This document shows, piece after piece, positions 1-12,402 of a stretch of DNA of 64,000 nucleotides. Position numbers and translations under genes: made by a program. The stretch comes from Botryllus schlosseri. Lineage: Eukaryota. The notes under the pieces were generated by a model. It was not told the DNA's origin. It worked only from the letters and a program-made list of their open reading frames with translations, and made no database searches. Location: assembly GCA_051294905.1 (NCBI GenBank), contig CM119371.1, positions 13,332,001 to 13,396,000 of the forward strand, given 5' to 3'. Positions within the stretch are counted from its first letter, which is position 1, and each line of letters begins with the position of its first letter.

Positions 1-294
1 TATTGCATCCTACAACGGTTAATATCTGGAAATGGATCTACTCCAAGTTGCGCTACCTCAGTACATGTGGCCTGAAAGTAGCGGTGTCTAAGACGTGTCA
101 AAGTACTCCAAGTTGAATTAGAAATGAAAGTTTTGAAAAGTATTCAAGGTTCAAAACGCAGACTAGATCAAAGCGTCAAATGCTTGTAGTAGATTAGCGT
201 ATTTGGTGGCTGATAGTGATCATCACTCAAGGTAAGATGTCACAGTATGTGTTTAACATTATAAACGCTCCATACATAGAATAATGCTTCATAC

Positions 295-492
295 CTGCTG
301 TTATCTTCTTGCACATTGGCGGCTTCATGTCCCACATGCCATCCTTTCCACAAGTCGCATACCGATAGTATTTGCCTTCGTAGTACTTGTAATATCCCTC
401 GTTACACTTGAAACGGAGTTGGTTGCCGACGGAGTAGTCTTTCTTGTTTGGCTTGAGTGTGCCGTGTTCGAATTTCGGCATTTTGCAGTACA
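295..492 (-). CDS. Gene A exon 15, CCP14
   Basis: YCKMPKFEHG...CGKDGMWDMKPPMCKKITA. Confidence 0.9.
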
Positions 493-3400
493 CTGTTATC
501 GTAAAATACAAGTCACGCCTTCAGCAATATGGAATGCCTTCGTAAAACATCGGGTAAGACTTAGCAAGAAAACATACACATTTGATCAAATTATTCAGTA
601 ATATTTTGGTTGTCGAGTAAGTGTAGCAATACTTGCGTAGTAAAGGTTGCAGGATGTTGACTCGATATGGAGTAGCAATTTCCGATTATATATGTTACCG
701 GACCGTCAAATCCATTAACGGGCAAAGCATTTGGTGTCTTGTTGTAAGACCGAAAGTTGAAGGAGCACTGCGCTCAAAAAATGATGTGGTCTCAAATTGA
801 AGGGCAAAACGAAAAAATAAATTTGGCGGCGGCAGTCACGCAGAGAACGAACTTTAGACATATTTTCTTCATAACATCGGCTGACGACTATATAAAGTTC
901 GTTCTCTGCGTGACTGCGTTATCGCGTCCAGCAAGTGCGACGGTGAAGACATCGTGCCATGTAACGGGTTAACCAGCCGCGGCAGCTAGAGCGTGAAGAT
1001 CCTGTGGAAATTTCAATAAATTGCAGCTTCATTACGGTGGCGTTCTGAAGAAAATGGCTGCGGCCCTTCAATTTGAGACCATATCATTTTTGAGCGCAGT
1101 GCCCCTTTAATACTGTTAACACTCTTCGTTCGGCACTTGGTGTATATCTCACTAATTGCATAACAAATTTCCTCATCGAATTTAGCCAATGGAAATATTC
1201 ACAAACAAGGACGCGGTATCTCAGTATTGTATAATCTAACAGCGGAAAATAAAATTTTGCTGCATTTTAGCCGATACAAATTTTGCCAGAACGATTTATG
1301 GTTTCGACTCGTACTGAGTGAGTTATATTTTAGGTATAAGAGTGTATTATGTTACATTTCGGTCTTGTGTCAAATAATACTGATTTCGACTATACGATTA
1401 AAAATTAAATGCATAACTTGACATGACCGTTAAAATAATCGCAATACATTCAGTCTACGGTAACGTTATACTGGCTAACCATTAGACGAGAAGAGCACAG
1501 ATTCAGTTTTTTTAGGGACCGCGTTCCAAAATCTACACGGGATAAGGATTCAGAATTTTTTGAGAAATTGGATTTGGTAATGAAATTTTCAGTTATATGA
1601 AATATCCTTGTTATTATTACTTACTCAATGTGCGGGAATATTCTCGGATTATAGTTTCGATTAACAATAGTTTAACCACTGATGACTCTCTGGTAATACT
1701 TCCATCAACCTACGTTTCTTCATATCCATGCACTTGGGTGATTTGTACTTCCATTTCCCGTCCATACAAACGTTATATTCGTATTCTTCTCCTCTGTACA
1801 TTTTCTTGAATCCCCTGGCACATTGGTAATAAAGCTTCGAGCCTTGTTGATATCGTTCAAACATCGGCCAGTATGATCCATAATAGAATTCCGGCGCGTA
1901 GCAATAGTCTGTAAACAGTGGGAACAATGTATAGTACACCCAGGTAATTTAAATGGGCGCCAAACATACTCATCATCACTTTCTTGCACATCGGTGGTTT
2001 CCTGTCCCAATACCCGCCCGGTTTGCACATAGCGTAGTCATATCTCTCGCCCTCGTAGTAGAGCTCGTAACCGTCTTTGCATTTGTAGCTGACTTTCTCG
2101 CCGTACGCATATTTGGATTTGGACGTCATGGCCATACCGTGTTCAATCACGGGAGCGTCGCAATAAGCTGAACATTAGTGTGCCGTGTAGAGGTAAGTGA
2201 GATTATGCTGCTAATTACATGCATCAGCTATTTGATTGAAATCATTGTTGAATAAAACTTGAAATAAAAATGGGGCAAAGCCGTCAGCATTCCGAGCATA
2301 GCTACATCTTGCAATATTGCATTAACATAGCATTCAAGATTTATTAAAACCCTCCTTCACTCTATTCTGAATTCAGCTTTTAATTTTATAAGAGTTCATT
2401 GGGGTGCTGAAGACTATGGCCAGGGGTGTGAAACATAGGGCCCACGAAGCTATAACGGCTAAGTTAAAATGATTGTATGACACCGCACATTTCCATCCAA
2501 AGCTCTCTCCCGACAGAAAATGTCGAAGTACGCTTACTGCTCACATACCAAATTATAACATTCTGGTGGCAATGTTGCGCTTTTACTAAACTCACCATCA
2601 GTAGCAAGTCTGTGACATTGGCACCAAATTGCGAGACGGTAAGAAAGAAGGCAAGCACTCAGTTCGGTTCATGAACCGAAAGATATAGTCATTAACGTTG
2701 ACGAAATCGCCAATGCTGAACATAATGCACGTTACATTGTGCTCAAACAATATAGCGTAAGTGGAGCGCTTCTCTGAGCAAAACAGTCCCAGGCCTCAGA
2801 AAGTCATTTGTCCCATATTTTATTCAGCATTTATGTCCTTTTAGTGTATGTTAGTTGTAGTGACAAAATTGTTTAAGCTCTTCAGTGAACTCAGTGTATC
2901 GAAGTTTTCCATCATAGAGTCAAAAGGTTGGATTCCTTTACTAAATTCCACTTTCGTTGGTATTGAGTACGCTGTTGAGTTGGAATCCGTAACGTTCATG
3001 ATTGCTGTCGGCGTTTAAATGACATCATATGCATAGCAAGCGAAGTCTAAACTAGTTATTAATATGTGGCGGTGAGCAGCTCCTCAGATTTTCATCGGCA
3101 CCTCCGCGGCAGATACAGTCTGTCTAAATGAATTCTTGCAGATATCAGACTTATAGTCTGTGTAAACGTGAACTCAGTTTATCAGAAAACTGCATTAACG
3201 TCATGATAGATATCAGCAATAATGCGAAAACAAAAGTTGTTTTGACTCTATATTCTGTGATCACCGTGACAATTCGTATATACAGGTCTCAGAATCAAAT
3301 CTTCTTCAAGCAGAAAATGTCATAGGAAAGCTACCTTACAATTTAGTACGTAACGCATATTTTGTGGATGTATCGAAACGGAATTCCGGGTAACACGATC

Positions 3401-6400
3401 TTGCGCTTCACGAAACAGGTCTCCATACCTTTCGTGGCCATTTTGCACATTGGATGCATGAATTTCCAATTTCCATCGCCCATACAGATGTTGTATTCGA
3501 ACCAATCTTTTCCGTACATCAACGTGTATCCCTCCTTGCATTTGGTGTAGTAAAGACGATCTCCTGGACTGTACATCTTCAGCGCGGGCGTGTACTTTCC
3601 GTGTTCGAAGTTCGGTGGATCGCAGTAATCTGCAATTTTACAGTGATATTTACCTTTATTATCATTACCCTACATCTAATCGAATGCGAGAGATAAACGA
3701 TAGATAACAGATTCCTTCAAGCTCAGAGGAAAGTTTGCAAGTGCTTTATGGCGTGGATTTCGTGCAGTAGTATACATAGTTCGATAGTAACCTCATGTTT
3801 GCGGGGTGTGTGAAGTTTATTCTTGTAATCATTACTTCATCAAAAGAGTTTTCTTTTCTTAATCTGTTCTATTATCAAATGAAATTGCAAGAAAGAAAGA
3901 ATGCAGGCTTACCTATCTTGTGGCTTTTGCACATCGGCGGCTCTTTGTCCCAAATGCCATCTCTTCCGCATGTAGCATACTCGTACTGATCCTTCCAATA
4001 ATACATCCCGTAGCCGTAATTGCACTTGAATCGCAAACGGTCGCCATAGTTGTATCGCCTCATTTTGGGGTAGTACATGCCATGCATGATTTTAGGAGAG
4101 TAGCAGTAATCTGAAAGAAATCATTTGGACTTTTGTTACAGGCCGATTATTATATTTTGATCGGTCCAAGACCTACACTTACACTAGTTAGATTTCAAGT
4201 CGTATGTAGGTGAGAACGCCATTCTAATCCGTCTCCACCTTGCACTGTTCAGTATTCACTCAGCAAATTTGGAGAAAATATTCACTAAATCTGGACTTCA
4301 CCCATTGTTTGTCATTTTGTGGCATACAATTAGCTCAATAACCCTATTACATAGATTTTTCAGAGTGAACTTAGAAATCTTACTTTTGTGCGCAGACTTG
4401 CACATGGGCGGTGGGTGATTCCACATTCCGTTTTTGCACATGACGTAGTCGTACTTTTCCATGTCATAATGCAATTTGTAACCGTCTTCGCAGTCATAGT
4501 ACACTTTTTCTCCATCTTTGTACCAGCTTTTGTTTGGTCTTCGTTTGCCGTACATTACGTCATGTCCCATGCAACCAGCTGAATTCAATGTAGGATTCAT
4601 CATTTCAAAAAACTAGCGAATGTACAACTGTCGAAGCCTACGTTGATGAACATGAATTGCTTGTGCAGCAGATTAGTACGCTTTTGAATTTATGATGCTT
4701 CCGTACAATATGTCTATGTTTAGGAGAAATGACAAAACTACGATAACGCCATTTTGTATTTGCGACGCCATATTTGGTTTTTAAAAGATGCAAGTACTTT
4801 CATCGCTAAAGCGCCATCCAGTTGCAAATTTCTGGTTTTGAGTAACATGAATAGTAGCTATAATATTACTATTGTAGAGTAGACGCGATTAGTCCATATA
4901 GATCCGGTTTGATGAAATCAGCAAACTACTTGACGATATTTATAACATCTTGAAAGCACATACTTGAGAATCAAGTTCAAATAACTGAAAATCCGTACTC
5001 AAATTACGAATAAAAAGCGATGCTGATCAGGTTCATATCACATACTTCAGCAACACGCATAGCTGTTTTTTTTTAATTTGATGTGGGATAATTTTTATCC
5101 ATCACATTACTGTGATTTATAATTTCTTTTGTATATATTCTGGTTTTTGGGATATTCCGGTAATTTATATGTTTAATTCTGAAATGTAAGAGAGTAGTTT
5201 GCTGAGAATCTGCACCAATGTTATTTAAGATTTTCATAATAAAAACCGTGTGAGAAAGTCCCTGTACGCGTACCTTTGTAAATTAATATATTTTTGACAA
5301 TCGTATGTACCTGTAGGGTCAGTCAGACTAGCGTAAGATACATCCTTTAATTTCGATTGCAGCCACATGCCACATTCATCTACTGCTATAATCATACGAA
5401 CCCACAAACAATTGGATCGTTGAAACTTATTACTGGAACAACTTTCAGACCTATTATTTTTTTTAATTGTAATTGCTCACAAATATACAGCAATACTTCT
5501 ACCTTTCGTACTTGAGTAGCAACGTTAACTACTTTGGCCAACTCCATCAAATAAAAAGTATCAACCGTTGTGCGCAAATTGTAAATGCCGTTACACAGTT
5601 TGTTTTTGGCAATAATATAAAAGTCTTACATCCGCTGGAGTGCTTCATGCTCTTGCACTTGGGAGGATCGAAGTCCCATTTACCATCTTTGCCACACGTG
5701 CGATATTCATACCAGTCAGTTTCGAAAAACAGCCCATATCCCTCTTTGCATCTGTGGTACATTCTATCTCCTTCCATATACATTTTCATGTCAGGAAAAT
5801 GATAGCCATGTTCGACCATGCCGGGCATGCAATATTCTGAAACGCATTGGAGTTTTTCACTTGTAAGCGTCGGGTCTTTATGGGATAGCTCCGTATATAT
5901 TGGCTAATATCGTATTGAAGACTCACTCATAGTCATAGGTCTGCATTTAGGTGCTTCGAAGTCCCAGTTTCCATCGTTCTTACACGTTGCGTATTGAAAC
6001 CAGTCTTTGTCGAAGAACAGTTTGTATCCGTCCTTGCATTTGAAAGATATGCGTTCCCCTTTTTGGTATTTCTTTTTCGTGGGCATGACCATTCCGCCGA
6101 AGTAAGGTTTCTTGCACATTACTGATAAACATTTGATTTGGATCTATTACGAGCAGGTACTATCTATATGATATTTCATAACAGTATATTCATAAACGGA
6201 TTACGTCTGACACTTCTAATTGACGAAATTATACTAGGCAATTCGCCTATTGTAGAAGCCTACGTCGTAGTAAGGTAGTATCTATATCATTTCTTGTGAG
6301 AATATAGGAATTGGGTGCTAGATCGCCGCCCGAAATTTGCACATTTCTTTCAAAATATTTATAAAGAGCGTAGATGATACACACTCGATATGTTTCAAAA

Positions 6401-9400
6401 AATCGAGAACACTTCCTTGCATAACGCCATTCCCTCTCGCGTATAGAGAGTAGCCTATCTCAGTCCGCTTGGCGGCTACTTCAGGTTTACGGCAATATAT
6501 TGGGCGTCGATTCAAGCACTATGGATGGCATTTTATGTTTTTTTTTTATGGATAGAGTGAAATTTTGGTCAGGGGGCTGGCCGATTTCGAAGGGTTATTA
6601 TATGCTTGTAAATTATAGTAGCAATGAAATTCTAAGCATAAAGTTAAATATCCAACTCGATCAAAATACGAAAGTTAAGTTAATCGCCAACAATTGCCAT
6701 CAGCGTACGGAAAAATACTAATTTGAAGAAAATTGTGTATCTAGTATGCGCAGAAAGCAAAATGCATACACCTGTACTTCCATATAATCACGAAAGGCCA
6801 CCCGCGAGGTAGAACTATGCAGTGTACCTTGTTTCAATATGCATCTTGGCGGCATGAAGTCCCACATCCCGTTTTCCATGCAGGTAGCGTATTCATACCA
6901 TGGTCCGTCGTAAAATAGCATGTATCCTTCGTCGCATTTGTAAGACACCCTGTCCCCGTAAAAGTAGTGATTCTTGTTAAGACGTGGCATCCCATGATCG
7001 ATCATTCGTTTTTCACAGTACTCTGAAGAAATTGAGATACCGGTTAATATTCCATACTGACGCCATTTTATGTCTTACAGCTTTATTCTTGTAAGATTAT
7101 CTCGCGCATATAACACAATTTTCACTTACTCATGCATTTATACGGAGATTTGTCCCAATTTCCATCATCTTTACACATGGCCTTTTCATAGTCGTACTTG
7201 GTGTGTTTGCGATAACCGTCCATGCACATAAACTTGATATATTCACCTTTCTTGTACATATTCTTGGCATAAGGCTTGTGATTGTAATCCATATGCTTTG
7301 GAGCCATACATTTTTCTGTAATGGACGTAATTAGTCATCGGATGATTGCAGGGAGTTACAATCCAAGCCGGAACCGTTTGCGTTTCTAGGAAATATTTCT
7401 TACAAAATCATCTAATTTTCAAGTTACGCTACATCTACAAGTTTTAATTGGCGTACTAAAACGATATCAGCTATATGACTTCTCGCATAAAATGCATTAT
7501 TCCATAGCTGCATAATTACACCATAGATTCTTATAAACACTCATGTCATAAACATGAGTATGATCATATTCCCATACCCCAAAGCTAATTTCCGATCTTA
7601 CTCACTTTCACTTTCACATTTATACGGCATGTTGTCCCAATTGCCGTCCTTCATACAAGTTGCCCACATGTAGCCATATTGTTCTGGCTTCTTGTAGTCG
7701 TCCTTACAGTAGTAATACATCTTGTCACCGTGCATGTACATTTTCTTAGCGTAAGACTTGTGATGGTACATCATGTGATCCGGGGCGCTGCAGTATTCTA
7801 AAACGAATATGTTCAGAATAAGAGTTTGTCGATGATATTGCTGTTTTCAGATTTGCCTGCTTTATGTTAAGCAGTTCATCAATTTTAAACAAAATACATT
7901 TCAGAACATTGTAACAGCCACTGGAGTCAACATTGAAAATGTTGGGCGCAGATATTGAATTCAATCTTGCTAATCAGTGAGCTGTCATGAGCCCTGTGGT
8001 ATTTAATGAATCCAGTGGTGGTTTTGTACTGACATTGCTTATTATACTAACTTTCGGCAATCATCTATATTCCGTAGGCTACAGCGAATATTATATGACT
8101 TAATTACCCATTGAATTAAATGAATTGTACAATACAATACCGGATAATCAATTTGTGCAGTTTAATACTTAACCACGGTTCAATAAATGTAAGCTTAGTC
8201 TATTGATTGTATGTTAGAATGAAGCCTCGTATTATGAGGAATCCATGTTGACGTGAATATACTAATAAAATAGAAATAATATTACCAAAGTGTACTGGGA
8301 AATGTCCAAATAATACGTATATAGAGCGAGTTATATTGCAGTCACTCGCTAGCAGTGCGTGATGACTAAAAATCCGACGAATAACAATCTGATGGTCACT
8401 TCATCATGTTTTGGAATGGTTTTAGACATGAATTAGACACATTATTGCATCCAGCACTCGGGATAACGGGATCACTTTATCACATAATTATGATTGATAA
8501 ATATAAAGGTCATGACAGTCAGAAGATAGACCTTATCTTTGCACACTATAGTCCGTAGCACAGTCATGCTGATTCATAAGTAAAATAAAATTCTTACTTT
8601 TGCACATGGGAGGTGTCCTGTCCCACACTCCGTTGTCTCCGCACTTCATGTAATCATATTTCCCCCCATCGTAGTATTTATAATACTTATCGGGACACAT
8701 AAAAGTAACTTTCTCGTCGTAGTAGTAATGGTCCTTCATGGGTTCGTATTTGTCGTAGTTCATTTTGGCCACCTTGCAATAATCTGAAGCAATAAAAGAC
8801 GATGAATTATATTGTGGTATGGCGAAACGAGGTGCGAAGGTATTCATTGACTCTGCGCAGACTCCTTACCATAGCATTTCGACGCCTGCATCCATTTCCC
8901 GTCCATTTGACACGTGGAATAAGTATGCTTTTCTCTATTTCGCGGACAGCCATAGTATACTTTGTCATTGTATTTGTAACCAGCCTTGTTCGGATAGAAT
9001 TGACCGCCGAAGAATGTTCGAGGATGCGCGCAGGGCTCTGAAATATTTACGGAAGCATAATGACTCTGCCCTTTGTCTTCAGCGGTGTGGTTTTTGTATC
9101 GTGACAAGGAACCCGTGTTGGGATCACGTTACTACCTTCGAGTCAATGCATATTTGCACCCCGCCAATTTTGGATTTCCTGTGTGTTTTACCCACCAGAA
9201 ATCTTAAGCTGTGTTGTTTGATTTCAATATGCGGATGCATGTAAATTGTGCAATCTGTGCATATGAACTAGACCACGCCGAACTATTATAAAATATGGTT
9301 GCCCACTATTTCTAAACCACTAATTTGACGACTGTCACAGCGGTGGTTCAATTATATGTTTCTAGATGAGAATGCTGCCAATAGGAACTGATGTCGAATT

Positions 9401-12274
9401 AGTAGGGTAGTGCAATTCAACATAGAGCTAAGTTTGCTGCAGGGGTGGGCAAACTTTTTAGCTCGCGGGCCGCATTCAACATTTGAATCCATTCGTGGGC
9501 CGCACAATATAAAATTGGGATAGTATAAGCCCAAATCCAATATTATTATATGATTATATTATATTAATATTATATATGTATTTTTATGTTCAAAAGAAAC
9601 CAGACATTGATTTGATGATAGCGTATACGCGTTAGAGACATTGACGAGAATTTATAAGCTAGTTGTCCTCATGGTCCCACTTAGAGATGAAAGTCGGTTG
9701 TTCCGATTCCTAAAACTGAATGTAAAATTGAGTCTGCGAGCAGCGATCTGTTCATGGATATGCTATGCTGAATGTACTTTTAGTTCAACTCCAGGACACA
9801 CAATGCCGACAGCATCACAACCCTCATGTTACCTTTAAATACGCTTCTCACAAAATATTATAAATATAAATATTTCTCCACATACAAAGAACCAATCTAT
9901 CTAATACACTCGCGAAGCTGTTTTTCCGAGTACAGAACTGAAAGTAATAAACTTGCTCGTGTTGCCAATCTAAAATCACAGTCGTGGTCCGAATTGAGTC
10001 ATTTTACTTTCTGTGAGCAATTCCAACCTTGCAAAAATACATGGGGAAGAGTATCCAATAATCAAGTTATTCGACAACATTAAATCACGTACAGCGCGAA
10101 ATTTCTTTTAAAACGTTGCATAAATTAATAAAAAAATTACTTTATAATTCAAGTATATTCACGAAATAATTTTGGCCTCCCATTGGAGGTTTTGGGGTGC
10201 GGCAGTTACGGTCCTGGTAAGAATATAGCTTATTATCACCATGTTGTAATATATTGAGAAAAAGTTCCCTACAGTAATTTGATTTTTGTACGCATTTTCT
10301 CAATTTTTTTACGTTTCTTGAGCTTTCGCGGGCCGTAGTTTGCTCACCCCTGGTTTAATGGCTAAAATCCAGCATACAAGGCTTCAAGGGCACCGCCGAC
10401 CTCATACTTGTAGAGAGATGATTTGAGGTTTGAGCATGTAGGAGCAAACTTTTACCTGAGTCGCGATTTTTTGGTGACTCGAATTGACTCGAGTCATTTT
10501 CTTAAAAATGAATAATGACCCGACTCGAGTCAATTTGTGTATTGTGCGTGACTTGGACCAAGTCATATGACTTGAGACTGGGTCCACCAAGACAGGCATT
10601 TCATTGTAATTTCGAAGAGTAGTAAAGTTAATACACTATTATTATTTCGTCTATCGGTACTGGTACTTGAAAATGCTGCCAGAAACTGTTAAAGTGAGGA
10701 AAACTAGCATATTATGAGTGCGAAGCTTTCGATATCACCGAGAAGAGTTGTAAAAAGTTGGTTCCACATGACATAAACTCGGAACTGAACAGTCGACATA
10801 ATGACTTGGACTCGGACTCGAGTCAAAACACTGTGACTCGGACTCGACACTCTAATCCGTGACTTGGACTCGGACTTAACTCGGTGGTGAATTAAAAATG
10901 TATCGACTTGACCCAAGTCTAAACTATAAAAGCTATATTGACTTGTGAATCGGAACCTTGTGACATGGTTACAACCCTGCTTTTACCAAATATCGTCGAA
11001 ATTGCTAAAAAATGATCATCTCTGGATTTTACACACCTGATTCAATGTATTTACGCATTGTTTCGATGACATCACGATGCCTGTAAATGCCAAAAGGGCA
11101 ACAGTTAAGGCCAGCCGTAACTGGTTCATCTCGATGTCTCTGCTGTTTAAATTACTGATATCGAAATCGTAAACAGAAATAGATTTCAGAAAATAATAGA
11201 TTAACATTTATCGCATGCCTTACTGTGAATATTTGATTGAAAATTAGATCAAAGTCTGCATCTGATTCACGAGTTAATCCAAATTGGTTATATTAGCAGT
11301 CCGAGTTAAGCCAAGGAATTTTGGGCAGTGACTGTCAGGCCAAGACCTGAGTCATTTCAACACGGCGGCAACCACATCCAGGATTGATTTGTAGCAGGTT
11401 GATCCATATTTGGAAATTGAAGTTTCCTAAGGAATAGTGCAGAGCTCAGAATGCAGAGTATTTCCGACGTTTAATAATCTTGCTGGCAATACAATCAAAT
11501 GTAGGCTGTGATAGTGATAGGTTCCTGATTTAAAGGTTCACATTCATGGAGGGTATGATATGTGGACATAGTATTATTACGAACTGGTTGTTGTTGGGTA
11601 TGATTTGATATACGATCTTAACCTACTTACTTATGCACATCGGCATGCCAGCATCCCAGTTATTTGAGCTATCGCAGTTCAGTCGTTCTTTTCCTTTTAT
11701 CTCGTAGCCGTCCCAGCATGTGATCCACACAGCACTACCGGATGGATATTTGCCACCTCGCATGTTATGAGATGACCGCATTGTGGCATACTTCACATTA
11801 GGTTTGTCGCACCCTGCAAGAGTGGCAGATATGATCAGTCAGTACGCGATAAAATCTCGTGTGAAACTGGATGTCGCTGTGAGACATCCCTACATAAAAT
11901 ATATCGTTCACATAACAATTCCAGTATTGGTTGTAAATATGGTTCAGTATATCCGTCATTGTCGAGTTAAATCACCCGATCTACCGAAAAATGTAACGAA
12001 ATCGACCCGGACAGCTTTTAGTAATATTAAGGTTGATTCATTGCAATTTAGGCCGGTTCTCTCAACCTGCAGATAACCTGTATGCTGTTACGCATTGCTC
12101 ATGTTCAAATGCCAAGGCTTTATTGACTATCAAGAGGTGTTAGCCCGTGCTCATTGCACAGTGTTTGACAATGCAGTTGCTTACAGTGATGCGAATTTAA
12201 TTAGTCATAGGCTTCTTACCGAGAGACACTTGAATGATCAGTGCCAATGTGATGGAACTGAGTAAATTGATCAT
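295..12274 (-). CDS. Gene A: secreted multi-CCP/Sushi protein, Tyr/Met/Lys/His-rich (signal peptide + at least 14 CCP modules; 3' end beyond window start)
   Basis: Hand-assembled exons (minus strand): 12274-12220, 11813-11631, 9037-8870, 8783-8598, 7797-7606, 7315-7130, 7022-6828, 6121-5927, 5836-5630, 4578-4384, 4110-3913, 3629-3429, 2167-1970, 1908-1714, 492-295. All introns are GT-AG and phase 1, all internal exons are multiples of 3, and each encodes C..P..(HG)..Y..G....C..GY.....C...G.W....P.C. Bases 1-160 match the gene B intron just before its exon 16, so the gene continues off-window. Confidence 0.93.
761..1106. mobile_element. Palindromic MITE with ~45-bp TIRs and TTAA-like TSD (Kolobok/piggyBac-type)
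   Basis: AGGAGCACTGCGCTCAAAAA...TTTTTGAGCGCAGTGCCCCT flanked by TTGA/TTAA; absent at the paralogous site in gene B (~35980). Confidence 0.8.
1714..1908 (-). CDS. Gene A exon 14, CCP13
   Basis: YCYAPEFYYGSY...CMDGKWKYKSPKCMDMKK; follows a 61-bp intron. Confidence 0.9.
1970..2167 (-). CDS. Gene A exon 13, CCP12
   Basis: YCDAPVIEHG...CKPGGYWDRKPPMCKKVMM. Confidence 0.9.
3429..3629 (-). CDS. Gene A exon 12, CCP11
   Basis: YCDPPNFEHG...CMGDGNWKFMHPMCKMATK. Confidence 0.9.
3913..4110 (-). CDS. Gene A exon 11, CCP10
   Basis: YCYSPKIMHG...CGRDGIWDKEPPMCKSHKI. Confidence 0.9.
4384..4578 (-). CDS. Gene A exon 10, CCP9
   Basis: GCMGHDVMYG...CKNGMWNHPPPMCKSAHK. Confidence 0.9.
5630..5836 (-). CDS. 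Gene A exon 9, CCP8
   Basis: YCMPGMVEHG...CGKDGKWDFDPPKCKSMKHSSG; tttcag / T|gtaaga. Confidence 0.9.
5927..6121 (-). CDS. Gene A exon 8, CCP7
   Basis: MCKKPYFGG...CKNDGNWDFEAPKCRPMTM; tttatcag / A|gtgagt. Confidence 0.9.
6828..7022 (-). CDS. Gene A exon 7, CCP6
   Basis: YCEKRMIDHG...CMENGMWDFMPPRCILKQ; 195 nt. Confidence 0.88.
7130..7315 (-). CDS. Gene A exon 6, CCP5 (His-rich subtype; broken in gene B)
   Basis: KCMAPKHMDYNHKPYAKNMY...CKDDGNWDKSPYKCM; ttacag / A|gtaagt. Confidence 0.9.
   Translation of the reverse strand, partial: KNVWLQSIWITITSLMPRICTRKVNISSLCAWTVIANTPSTTMKRPCVKMMEIGTNLRINA
7606..7797 (-). CDS. Gene A exon 5, CCP4 (His-rich subtype)
   Basis: YCSAPDHMMYHHKSYAKKMYMHGDKMYYYCKDDYKKPEQYGYMWATCMKDGNWDNMPYKCESE; tttag / A|gtgagt. 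Confidence 0.88.
8598..8783 (-). CDS. Gene A exon 4, CCP3
   Basis: YCKVAKMNY...CGDNGVWDRTPPMCK; ttcag / A|gtaaga. Confidence 0.9.
8870..9037 (-). CDS. Gene A exon 3, CCP2 (short module)
   Basis: PCAHPRTFFGGQFYP...CQMDGKWMQASKCY; ttcag / G|gtaagg. Confidence 0.88.
9440..10352. mobile_element. hAT-type non-autonomous element in gene A intron 2
   Basis: TIRs CAGGGGTGGGCAAAC / GTTTGCTCACCCCTG, imperfect 8-bp TSD gtttgctg/gtttaatg, empty site in gene B. Confidence 0.8.
10457..10979. mobile_element. GACTCGAGTC-rich MITE family copy
   Basis: Ends GTTACAACCCTG; flanking cttttacc duplication; homologous to 49217-49782, 58295-58797 and 60266-60848. Confidence 0.8.
11631..11813 (-). CDS. Gene A exon 2, CCP1 (CDKPNVKYATMRSSHNMRGGKYPSGSAVWITCWDGYEIKGKERLNCDSSNNWDAGMPMCI)
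   Basis: cttgcag acceptor, A|gtaagt donor, 183 nt, 4 Cys + Trp; not shown in the ORF track. Confidence 0.9.
12220..12274 (-). CDS. Gene A exon 1, signal peptide MINLLSSITLALIIQVSL(G)
   Basis: ATG in context caaccATG, hydrophobic 18-mer, G|gtaag phase-1 donor; paralogous to 24182-24236. Confidence 0.88.
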
Positions 12275-12372
12275 GGTTGATTCTTCCGACTCTCGTTCGG
12301 ATTGAAATCCACTTGTTTATTCCGTTACCAAGACTAATCAAGGCAACTTGATTAAATGAGGTTTTATCCTCG

Positions 12373-12402
12373 CATATATACACCTAGAGAAGATCACGTG
12401 AC
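12373..12402 (-). promoter_or_regulatory. Gene A proximal promoter: E-box GTCACGTGAT + TATATA
   Basis: Same order and spacing as in gene B, on the reverse strand. Confidence 0.6.
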
